Part shown: piece after piece, positions 48,862 through 56,923 of the stretch | How the letters are laid out: each line of letters starts with the position of its first letter | Position numbering within the stretch: position 1 is the stretch's first letter | NCBI GenBank assembly: GCA_027320085.1 | Contig: DAHVLZ010000009.1 | Coordinates: 224,001-288,000, forward strand | DNA from: Pseudomonadota bacterium | GTDB lineage: Bacteria > Pseudomonadota > Gammaproteobacteria > JAKAQQ01 | Direction: 5' to 3' | Length of the DNA stretch: 64,000 nt | Translations under genes and position numbers: made by a program | The notes under the pieces: model-generated | Databases searched by the model: none | What the model saw: only the letters and a program-made list of their open reading frames with translations | What the model was told of the DNA's origin: nothing

Positions 48862-50481
48862 TCAGGGACCTTCGACGGTCTCAATCCCCCGGGTTCCCAG
48901 ATTCTTGATGCGTTCGGAACATTGCTGGGCTGCTTCAGGCGACTGTCCACTCATAAGAGCCAGAACCAGAATGACGAGACTGAACCCGGCGAGTATCCAC
49001 ATGCCAGTGAAAAACCCGTAGTCTCCAAGCCCATCCATGGGTTTGGATGTGGGGCCCAGAAGACTGATGATCCAGAGTCCCGCGAAGTATGGAATAAGCC
49101 ACCAAGCCTGCTGCCACCCCAGGTCTGCCGCTCGCCCGCGATGAATCACGAAGTACCAGAACAGGTAAACCAGCCCGTAGATCGCCACCAGTCCGAGAAG
49201 CCACTTGACCACGTCATAGCCAGTCCAGTAGATGATCCAGTTGGCCGCAATAAATGCGATCACCGAGATTATCCCCGCCAGACGCAACCGAAAGGGTCGC
49301 TTCGCATCCGGCATCGCCCGACGAAGATGAAGCAGGATGACTGGGCCGATGCTGTAAGACAGGACGGTGATCAGCGAGACGGCCGAAACCAGTTTCTGCC
49401 ATGATGGAAAGGGGAAAAAGAAAAAGACGCCAACAATGTAAGTCAGAATCAGGCCGATCCAAGGTACACCAAAACGATTGAGCTGGGTGACGCTCCGTGG
49501 CGCATTGCCCATCTCTCCCGCGGCCATGATGATCCGCGGACTCCCTGTGACGTAGATAAAAGCCGTACCAAGCGGGGAAACGATCGCATCCACATAGAGA
49601 AGCACAGCCCACCAGAATGCACCGACGGCAATGGCGATCGCTGCTAACGGGCTGAACATCCCGGTGAAACGCAAATGGGCCCAACCGTGGGCAATGTCAG
49701 CCGGACGCAGCGCAAAGATAAATGCAAACTGCAGGAGAACGTATATCAAAAGGGCGATCACAACCGAACCTATAAGTGCAATGGGTATATAGCGGCTTGG
49801 ATTCCGAGTTTCCCCCGCCAACGCAATCGCCTGCTGAAATCCCAGATAACTGAAAATGATACCTGCTGTTGCAACAGCGGTAAAAATCCCACTTACTGGG
49901 GTGCTGGAGAGATGTGCCGTTATGTTGCCCGGATGAAAGGAATAAGCCATCAGGATCACAATCGTTGCCACCGGAACAACCACTTTCCACCAAGTGGCCG
50001 CACTGTTAATCGCGATGACCCAACGAACGGCCAGGAAATTGAGTGCCACGACAAATGCCAGCAAGATGGCAGCGGCGACAAAACCCAACCCGGTCAACAA
50101 GCCGTTGTTGGCATGGATCAATCCAGGGATGTAATCGTTGGCGTAGGTGAGAACCGCGCTGACCTCCACCGGAGGCACAGATACAAACGCCAAAAACAAA
50201 ATCCAGCTCCAGATCTTGCCGACGAAATCACCATGACTGACGTGCGTCATATGGACAAGGGCTCCCGAGTTCGGGAACATCGTCGATAACTCGGCAAACA
50301 CGAAAGCGAGGAAGAGGACCGTTGCAGCACCAACCACCCAAGAAATCACACTGAATGGACCAGCCTGTAGAGACGCATGGAGCGCCCCAAACAACCAACC
50401 GGATCCGATGATGCTGCCCAAGCTGGCGTACAACAAACCGACCACACCGGCATCCCGTTTAAGCTTTGTGGGTCCTGCCAT
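48862..50481 (-). CDS. APC-family amino acid permease
   Basis: GSIIGSGWLFG, AEL..MFP.SG, FSYLGF, GETRNP, RPFR; about 14 TMs; GGAGG RBS. Confidence 0.92.
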   Translation of the reverse strand: MAGPTKLKRDAGVVGLLYASLGSIIGSGWLFGALHASLQAGPFSVISWVVGAATVLFLAFVFAELSTMFPNSGALVHMTHVSHGDFVGKIWSWILFLAFVSVPPVEVSAVLTYANDYIPGLIHANNGLLTGLGFVAAAILLAFVVALNFLAVRWVIAINSAATWWKVVVPVATIVILMAYSFHPGNITAHLSSTPVSGIFTAVATAGIIFSYLGFQQAIALAGETRNPSRYIPIALIGSVVIALLIYVLLQFAFIFALRPADIAHGWAHLRFTGMFSPLAAIAIAVGAFWWAVLLYVDAIVSPLGTAFIYVTGSPRIIMAAGEMGNAPRSVTQLNRFGVPWIGLILTYIVGVFFFFPFPSWQKLVSAVSLITVLSYSIGPVILLHLRRAMPDAKRPFRLRLAGIISVIAFIAANWIIYWTGYDVVKWLLGLVAIYGLVYLFWYFVIHRGRAADLGWQQAWWLIPYFAGLWIISLLGPTSKPMDGLGDYGFFTGMWILAGFSLVILVLALMSGQSPEAAQQCSERIKNLGTRGIETVEGP

Positions 50482-50692
50482 AAATACCTCCGGAGTTATA
50501 TTTCTGACTCGTGAGCCCGTTACTTACTCAAGCTCCGGGCCGTTCTCACTGACTTGGTAACTGCACAACCAGCAAGCTTTCTGGGCTGGCGTCAACCCAG
50601 CCGGCCATGATCCCCAAAACTTCCTGGAGAACAAGGGCCCGCTGATCCTAGCCGAAAGCTAGGGGTTACAGCAAGTCGCCCCCCCATTCGGC

Positions 50693-51298
50693 CTAGCGGA
50701 CCCGGGTTACGAAAACCTGCTCGCCGTATCCTCGCACTTCAAGAACATAGCCAACTATCAATTTTTTGATCTTGACTCTGGGATCAATGAGTTTGGGGAT
50801 TCGGAAATATCCCGTACCGGACTGGACCCATGTCTGTCCATTCATGAGATGGAATCTAGTATTCCCAGTCCATCCCTGGAATACCCCGTCAATCCGGCTC
50901 TCGATTTCATTGGGGAGATGACGATATCGTCTTGGAGGTAATCCGAAGTGAGCCACCCGGCCCTGATGGGCCCTGAGTCGAGACGAAGGAGCGTGGCGTG
51001 GTGGTACGATCGGGACGGCTGCCCTCGCAGAAACGACCGCCCTACTCATCGCGTGTAGGTGTGCTGCCAACCACCGTTCCAGAGCCTGCCGTTGTTCGGT
51101 ACTCAAGCGGTCAATCCCCGCTCGGTCGTAGGCATCCACCGTCATGAGTTTTCTCAGACGTATCCTGGGTGTTGTCGGGGAATGCTTGTGTGCTGCCCAC
51201 GCTGATGCTCCAACTAGGCCGGTTGCACAACAGATAACCAAGGTAATGAATATCTTGCCTCTGGGGAGAGAGCGCCATTCCGAGGGCTTGGCATACAT
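50693..51298 (-). CDS. Conserved hypothetical exported protein (helical N-domain plus beta C-domain)
   Basis: Signal peptide ASAWA|A; M....Y.RAGIDRLS.EQ..AL..WL; IESRIDG.FQGW.G.T.F.L.NGQ.W.Q. Confidence 0.75.
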   Translation of the reverse strand: MYAKPSEWRSLPRGKIFITLVICCATGLVGASAWAAHKHSPTTPRIRLRKLMTVDAYDRAGIDRLSTEQRQALERWLAAHLHAMSRAVVSARAAVPIVPPRHAPSSRLRAHQGRVAHFGLPPRRYRHLPNEIESRIDGVFQGWTGNTRFHLMNGQTWVQSGTGYFRIPKLIDPRVKIKKLIVGYVLEVRGYGEQVFVTRVR

Positions 51299-51316
51299 GG
51301 TGTGAGCCGCTCTGCT

Positions 51317-51751
51317 TTAGTGGTGGCCGCGCAATGCCCGGGCAGCCTGCAACAGGCTCTCACGAGCTGCAATGGCGAGATGGTGCGCCTGAACGAGGCT
51401 CATGGCCCGTTCTCCCGCGAGCGCATTACGCAGGGCTTGGTGGAGAGCACTGCGCACGGACGGGGCGGACATCCGGCTATCCGGAATAGCACCTTTTCCA
51501 AGTCCGTGGCAAGGATTCCCGGCCCTTGGATCGAACTGTCGTCCGTTTGGTCCGACCAGGCAGTTGATCACATGGTGGAGGTGAAGATGGGTCTGCGCCA
51601 AAGCGTGCATTTCGACCGCGAGACCAGCATGGATGGCTGCGACCCGGATCTCTGCACGGAGGTTGGTAGACGCCCGGGCTACGGGGGTCAAAAGAGGAGA
51701 AAACCCGATGAGGACACTCAAAAGAAACGACAGACACAACCGTTTGCTCAT
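51317..51751 (-). CDS. Small exported His-rich helical protein with two Cys
   Basis: Signal peptide VARA|S; HAGLA, HLHLHHVINCLVGP...FDP.AGNPC.GLG.GAIPD; GGAGG upstream. Confidence 0.8.
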   Translation of the reverse strand: MSKRLCLSFLLSVLIGFSPLLTPVARASTNLRAEIRVAAIHAGLAVEMHALAQTHLHLHHVINCLVGPNGRQFDPRAGNPCHGLGKGAIPDSRMSAPSVRSALHQALRNALAGERAMSLVQAHHLAIAARESLLQAARALRGHH

Positions 51752-51772
51752 TAAGCATGGCCCTCCGATTAT

Positions 51773-51805
51773 TCAGGACTGACGTCCTGATATCTCAGGA
51801 TAACA
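51773..51805 (-). promoter_or_regulatory. Extended -10 promoter candidate with overlapping TCAGGA/TCCTGA inverted repeats
   Basis: Minus TGtTATCCT (51797-51805); TCAGGAC-N4-GTCCTGA (51773-51790) and TCCTGA-N4-TCAGGA (51785-51800). Confidence 0.45.
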
Positions 51806-51835
51806 CACGAAGAATGCTCCCACCCCCGTTGGAAC

Positions 51836-52336
51836 CTAGGGTGACCGGTGCCCATGACTACGCAGAACCCCCATCCTGATCAGCACAAGATCCACTCGAC
51901 CCATGCCGTGTCTTGCCAAAAAGCTGATGAGAGTCCTTTTTTCCCGCTGGCAAGCAGGATCCCATGAGGCCCAGGTCTCGATAAAAACCCATTCGGGAGC
52001 CCGGGAATTCTTGTCGAGGGCGTGAAGCTGGTGAGGGAGGATCCAGTGCGTAAGTGGAGGCCCGGCGATCGGTCGAGGATCAGCCCAGACCCGGCTTAAG
52101 GCACCAACCAGATCCTTGTGGTCGCCTTCGAAACGGAACACCAGCTGTCGCTTCGCGTTGTAAACCCAGAGACTCGGGAAAACTAGCCCACCCTTCCCCA
52201 TCAGATCCCTCAGGCGCTCTCCTCCGATTTGGATCTTCAATATCTGTGGTAGCGGACCCGCCAAGACAGGCGCCACCCCAATCAAGCCGACCATCAAAAC
52301 TACATTCCGAAAACAACATGAACGATGGCTTGTCAT
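51836..52336 (-). CDS. Exported thioredoxin-fold-like protein, apparently circularly permuted, with DxxC motif
   Basis: Signal peptide PVLA|G; FPSLWVYNAKRQLVFRFEG near the N-terminus; WVFIETWASWDPACQRE near the C-terminus; start at ATG 52336 inferred. Confidence 0.7.
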   Translation of the reverse strand: MTSHRSCCFRNVVLMVGLIGVAPVLAGPLPQILKIQIGGERLRDLMGKGGLVFPSLWVYNAKRQLVFRFEGDHKDLVGALSRVWADPRPIAGPPLTHWILPHQLHALDKNSRAPEWVFIETWASWDPACQREKRTLISFLARHGMGRVDLVLIRMGVLRSHGHRSP

Positions 52337-52391
52337 AATCCGGCAACACATCAGCCCGGAAAAGGGCCGGCACCACAGGGCCGTTTCCTGC

Positions 52392-53069
52392 TCACCCGCC
52401 CGGAATCTGCCCCAAGGGTCCGGGCTGACTCGCGAAATAGTTAGCGATATCGACCATCTCACGGTGGGTCAAGTTGGCCGCCATGGCGTTCATAATGGCG
52501 TTTTTCCGTTCTCCGGTTTTATATTCCTCGAGTGCACGGACCAAATAGGAGGGATACTGGCCCGCGAGATCCGGGAACTGGGGAGAAACAGACAAACCAT
52601 GTTCCCCATGGCAGGCTGCACATGTGGTAATCAATTTGGCTCCGATCCCGGCCTTGGTACGACTGAACAGAGGCACCCGGGTTTTGATCTGGCCACGCAG
52701 GGATGCAAAATAGGCAGCAACGTCTCGCAGTTCAGGAACCGTCATACCGCGTGCCTGTGCCTTCATGGTGGGAAAATCCCTCTCACCTTTGCGGTAGTCC
52801 ATCAAGGCCTCAAAGAGGTAGGCACGGTTTTGTCCCGCCACTTTTGGAATGTTGTAGAACGGGTAAGTTACTTCGAATCCCCTCATTCCATGGCAACCAA
52901 TGCAGGTATAGGTCAGCATTTTGCCTTGCGCGATGTTCCGCGCTTGGTCATTAGCGGTCTTCGCTGAAACCAGAGGGGATGTGATTGCAAAACCAAAGAG
53001 GAAGACTACGATGCCAACATTCGAACAAAGGTGCTTTACAAAATAACCGAATGGTTTCACATGATTCAT
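52392..53069 (-). CDS. Diheme cytochrome c4-type periplasmic cytochrome
   Basis: Signal peptide; CIGCH and CAACH; P.(V/L)AGQ...YL repeated; distal Met in PTM and AIM. Confidence 0.93.
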   Translation of the reverse strand: MNHVKPFGYFVKHLCSNVGIVVFLFGFAITSPLVSAKTANDQARNIAQGKMLTYTCIGCHGMRGFEVTYPFYNIPKVAGQNRAYLFEALMDYRKGERDFPTMKAQARGMTVPELRDVAAYFASLRGQIKTRVPLFSRTKAGIGAKLITTCAACHGEHGLSVSPQFPDLAGQYPSYLVRALEEYKTGERKNAIMNAMAANLTHREMVDIANYFASQPGPLGQIPGG

Positions 53070-53232
53070 TGGCAACAGTTGACCGTGAGCTGGCTGGCAG
53101 CATGTTATCAGATTTCGTTATCGGCCGTGACTTCATGTCACTCTCTTGCCCTCTCTTCAATCTCCAGACTGGTTTACTGCCCTAAGGTAGGTATTCGCAA
53201 AAGCCCTCCTTGGACCAGACGTCCAGGCAAGT

Positions 53233-54459
53233 TCAGGAAACCTTTCGCGACTCGCGCCCCAAGGCATTAAATACTTTCTGGATCCGGATGACCGCATCTT
53301 CTAGCTCAGGCGCCCCGATAACAAGGGGAGGGGCTAGGCGGATCACCGTATGATGGGTTTCCTTGGTCAGGATCCCTTCTTCAAGCAGCCTCTCACAAAC
53401 GGTTCGAGCTCCCAAATACTGGGGGTCAACTTCAATGCCGACAAAAAGACCACGACCGCGCACCGCTCGGATGAAAGGGCTCTCTAATTTTTCCAAGGAA
53501 GCTAGAAAATCACCTCCGAGATGGGCTGACCGCTCGACCAAGCCTTCGTCCTCTATGACCCGGAGTGCCTCAAATCCGACTGCGGCGGCCAATGGGCTGC
53601 CACCAAAGGTGCTGCCGTGGTCCCCAGGGCCGAAAACCTGCATCACCTCACGCCGCGACAAGAACAAAGACACTGGTAGCAGTCCGCCACCTAAAGCCTT
53701 CCCTAGGATCAGCGCATCAGGTCGAACCTGCTCGTGCTCGCAAGCTAGGAAGTCCCCCGTGCGTCCGAGTCCGGTCTGTACTTCGTCCGCAATTAGGAGC
53801 ACGTTTTGCTCCCGGCAGATAGCCGCGCACTGTGCCAAATATCCTTGAGGTGGGACGATGATCCCGCCCTCTCCCTGAATCGGTTCAACAAGAAACGCTG
53901 CCGTCTGGGGGGTGATGGCATGCCGCAAGGCTTCGGAATCACCGTAAGGGATGACCTTGAGCCCCGCCGGGAAGGGACCAAAACCCTTCCGGTACTGCAT
54001 CTCACTGGACAAGCCAACTACAGTTATGCTGCGGCCATGGAAGTTGCCCCTGCAGGCTACGATTTCAGCTTGGCCTTCTGGCACTTTTTTGACCGTATAT
54101 GCCCATTTGCGTGCAGCCTTGAGCGCGGTTTCGACTGCCTCTGTCCCGCTATTCATCGGCAACGCCTGCTCCATCCCGGTCATCTCACAGGCCTTTTCGA
54201 GGAAAGGCCCGAGGCGATCGGAGTAAAACGCCCTCGAGGTCACTGCAAGTCGATTTGCCTGCTCAGTCAGCACCCGTACAAGACGCGGGTGACAATGTCC
54301 ATGACTGACTGCGGAATAGGCACTCATCATGTCGAGATAACGTCGGCCCTCGGTATCCCAGACGTACACCCCCGAACCGCGGCTCAAAACGACTGGCAGC
54401 GGATCGTAGTTATGGGCGCCATAGTGCTTCTCAGTCTCTTGGAAAATCGCCTGGTTCAT
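53233..54459 (-). CDS. rocD: Ornithine aminotransferase
   Basis: AHNYDPLPVV, SAYSAVSHGHCHP, NFHGR, EPIQGEGG, DEVQTGLGRTG, GKALGGG, HGSTFGG. Confidence 0.95.
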   Translation of the reverse strand: MNQAIFQETEKHYGAHNYDPLPVVLSRGSGVYVWDTEGRRYLDMMSAYSAVSHGHCHPRLVRVLTEQANRLAVTSRAFYSDRLGPFLEKACEMTGMEQALPMNSGTEAVETALKAARKWAYTVKKVPEGQAEIVACRGNFHGRSITVVGLSSEMQYRKGFGPFPAGLKVIPYGDSEALRHAITPQTAAFLVEPIQGEGGIIVPPQGYLAQCAAICREQNVLLIADEVQTGLGRTGDFLACEHEQVRPDALILGKALGGGLLPVSLFLSRREVMQVFGPGDHGSTFGGSPLAAAVGFEALRVIEDEGLVERSAHLGGDFLASLEKLESPFIRAVRGRGLFVGIEVDPQYLGARTVCERLLEEGILTKETHHTVIRLAPPLVIGAPELEDAVIRIQKVFNALGRESRKVS

Positions 54460-54793
54460 GACGTCACCCTGAATTTCTGAATAATGTCCTTCTAGACGTT
54501 GAATATTCTATCCTAAATCCGATGGATCTGCGGGATTCACCCATCCAGACTAACCTCTAGAAACCCCTTAAACTAGCCACGTCCGGGTGCAGCGTTAACC
54601 ATCCCCGGCAGGGGGCTACCCATCTGTCAACTCTTGGGTCTACGGTAAAATAACGTCTCGGACCGAATGCGAACGCCCCCGGTGATCCGGGATCGCTCCC
54701 TCCAAGCTCTGGTCGCCCCAACCAGAACCGGCCGGAAGGGGTCTCGCTTGGGTTCAACTCTAAACCCGACTGCCTATCCTAAGGACATCTGAC

Positions 54794-55792
54794 ATGACCA
54801 AAGCCAAGAACCAACCTATCCGAATTGCTGTCACCGGCGCCGCTGGACATATCGGCTACGCACTTCTCTTCCGGTTGGCGGCAGGGGAACTTCTCGGCCA
54901 GGAGCAGCCCATCATCCTCCACCTGCTTGAAATTTCCCCGGCCCTGCCCGCACTGAACGGGGTAGCGATGGAACTCGCAGACTGCGCGTTCCCTCTCCTT
55001 CAGGATCTGGTGCTGACAGACCAACCCGAAAAGGCTTTTGATGATGTGGACTACGCGTTCCTTGTGGGCTCTCGCCCACGCAGCCAGGGGATGGAAAGAA
55101 AAGACCTGCTCCGCGTCAACGCGGAGATTTTCAAGACCCAAGGACGTGCGCTCAACGATCGTGCTTCCCGTAGGGTCAGGGTCTTGGTCGTTGGTAACCC
55201 AGCAAATACCAACGCCATGATTGCACGCGAGAATGCTCCTGACCTCGAAGATTCACAGTTCACCAGCATGATGCGCCTCGACCACAACCGGACACTGAGT
55301 CTGTTGGCGGAAGCCTGCCAAGCCAACGTCGGCGACATTCAGCGAGTCACCGTGTGGGGGAATCACTCTTCCACCCAGTTCCCGGACATTGAACAGTCAC
55401 TCGTGCGGAACGAACACGCAACTGCCAAAGTAGGTCCACGCTGGATAGAAGAAACCCTGATTCCCACTGTCCAACAGCGGGGTGCTGCAATTATCAAGGC
55501 AAGGGGAGCATCCTCAGCCGCATCAGCAGCATCAGCCGCTCTTGATCACATGCGCGACTGGGTCCATGGAACACCACCCGGATCCTGGGTCAGCATGGGG
55601 GTCGCCGCCTCTGGCCAGTATGGGATCGCACCGGGGGTATTTTTCGGCTTTCCTGTCGAATGCAACCAAGGCGAAATGAGGGTCGTCGATACCTTGCAGC
55701 TGTCGGAGTTTGCTCGTTCACGCATTCGTCTCACAGACCAGGAACTCAGGGAGGAACGGTCTGGAGTCCTTGACCTGCTCCCGCATCGGTAA
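54794..55792 (+). CDS. mdh: Malate dehydrogenase
   Basis: [56 protein letters not shown]. Confidence 0.97.
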   Translation: MTKAKNQPIRIAVTGAAGHIGYALLFRLAAGELLGQEQPIILHLLEISPALPALNGVAMELADCAFPLLQDLVLTDQPEKAFDDVDYAFLVGSRPRSQGMERKDLLRVNAEIFKTQGRALNDRASRRVRVLVVGNPANTNAMIARENAPDLEDSQFTSMMRLDHNRTLSLLAEACQANVGDIQRVTVWGNHSSTQFPDIEQSLVRNEHATAKVGPRWIEETLIPTVQQRGAAIIKARGASSAASAASAALDHMRDWVHGTPPGSWVSMGVAASGQYGIAPGVFFGFPVECNQGEMRVVDTLQLSEFARSRIRLTDQELREERSGVLDLLPHR

Positions 55793-56792
55793 GCAGCAGG
55801 ATCTTGCCAAAGTGCGCTGGGTTATCGATCCGTTCATGGGCTTTTGCCACAGCAGCCAAAGAATAAACCGAGTCGATGACCGGTCTGAATTTTCCTGACT
55901 GAAGGAGAGGGAACACGGAATGCTCAACTGACCGCGCAATACGTCCCTTGACCCCTGGACGCTGTGGCCGCAAGGTGGATCCCATGAGACTCAGGCGTTT
56001 GGAGAGAAGAACCGACAGGTCGGCGGATATCCGGCTGCCCTGTCGGAAAGCCAGCTGGACCAGGCGTCCCCCAGTCGCGAGCAATGCCAGATTGTGCTCG
56101 AAATACGGTCCACCAATCGTATCCAGAATAAGGTCATAACCCCCATTAGGTGCCCCCGCCATATGGAGTTCTTGCCAGCAGCCATCCTGGCGGTAGTCGA
56201 CTACCTGTTCAGCTCCCAGATTCTGGAGACGAACCGCCTTTTCGGTTGACCCAGTGGTCGTTATGACGTGACAACCCAAGGCAGCGGCGAGTCCAACCGC
56301 AACGGTTCCGATTCCCCCACCACCTCCATGAACGAGCAACCACTCCCGTGAGCGAAGATGGGCTCTGAGACGCAGGTTATACCAGACCGTAAATACGGTT
56401 TCGGGTAGCGCTGCAGCCTCACAAGCCGCCAGCCATCCGGGGACTGGGAGGCACTGGGTCTCGGGAACCGATACGTATTCAGCATATCCTCCACCAGCGA
56501 CAAGTGCACAAACCGGTTCTCCTGCACGGAATCTGCCACCCCTCAGTGCCGGCCGAACTACACGACCCATCACTTCGAGTCCGAGGATGTCCGTGGTTCC
56601 AACTGGTGGGGGATAATGCCCCGCGCGTTGCAGAACATCCGGTCGGTTGACCCCGGCCATCCAGATTTCGACCAAGACTTCATCCGGGCGTGAGTTCGGG
56701 ACCGACCGCATCCCCAAGGACAGGGCTTCCGGTCCACCCCGGGAAGGAGCCCAGACCGCTTTCATCAACTCCGGCAGGGATCGGTCTTGCAT
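55746..56792 (-). CDS. NAD(P)H-quinone oxidoreductase (PIG3/zeta-crystallin-like)
   Basis: [50 protein letters not shown]; start approximate. Confidence 0.92.
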   Translation of the reverse strand: MQDRSLPELMKAVWAPSRGGPEALSLGMRSVPNSRPDEVLVEIWMAGVNRPDVLQRAGHYPPPVGTTDILGLEVMGRVVRPALRGGRFRAGEPVCALVAGGGYAEYVSVPETQCLPVPGWLAACEAAALPETVFTVWYNLRLRAHLRSREWLLVHGGGGGIGTVAVGLAAALGCHVITTTGSTEKAVRLQNLGAEQVVDYRQDGCWQELHMAGAPNGGYDLILDTIGGPYFEHNLALLATGGRLVQLAFRQGSRISADLSVLLSKRLSLMGSTLRPQRPGVKGRIARSVEHSVFPLLQSGKFRPVIDSVYSLAAVAKAHERIDNPAHFGKILLLTDAGAGQGLQTVPP

Positions 56793-56923
56793 CAACCGCG
56801 GCATTCCTCCTGACTGAGGTTTTGAGAACCTGACCCGATAAACGGACCAAGAAAATCCACACACAATATAATACCCGGGGGACCTTCCTTTTCCTTTTTT
56901 ACTGTCCCTGAAGGAGACTGGCC

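Noticed and set aside
50647-50663. Hairpin CCTAGC-cgaaa-GCTAGG and a possible riboswitch upstream of the APC permease
   Set aside because: Short stem with no U-tract, and no glycine, lysine, TPP or SAM riboswitch core motifs recognised.
51302-51754. Plus-strand 150-aa ORF
   Set aside because: It is antisense to the His-rich gene, which has a signal peptide, an RBS and the same orientation as its neighbours.
51950-51975. Possible selenocysteine at the first position of the Trx-like motif
   Set aside because: The codon is GAT (Asp), not TGA.
53127-53141. GTGAC-N5-GTCAC upstream of the cytochrome c4 as a CRP/FNR site
   Set aside because: Half-site spacing is one base longer than the CRP/FNR consensus, and 5-bp arms arise easily by chance.
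54560-54745. 6S RNA call
   Set aside because: The length and closing stem fit, but internal pairing is branched and the usual zapA/ygfA context is absent; kept only as a generic structured-RNA candidate.
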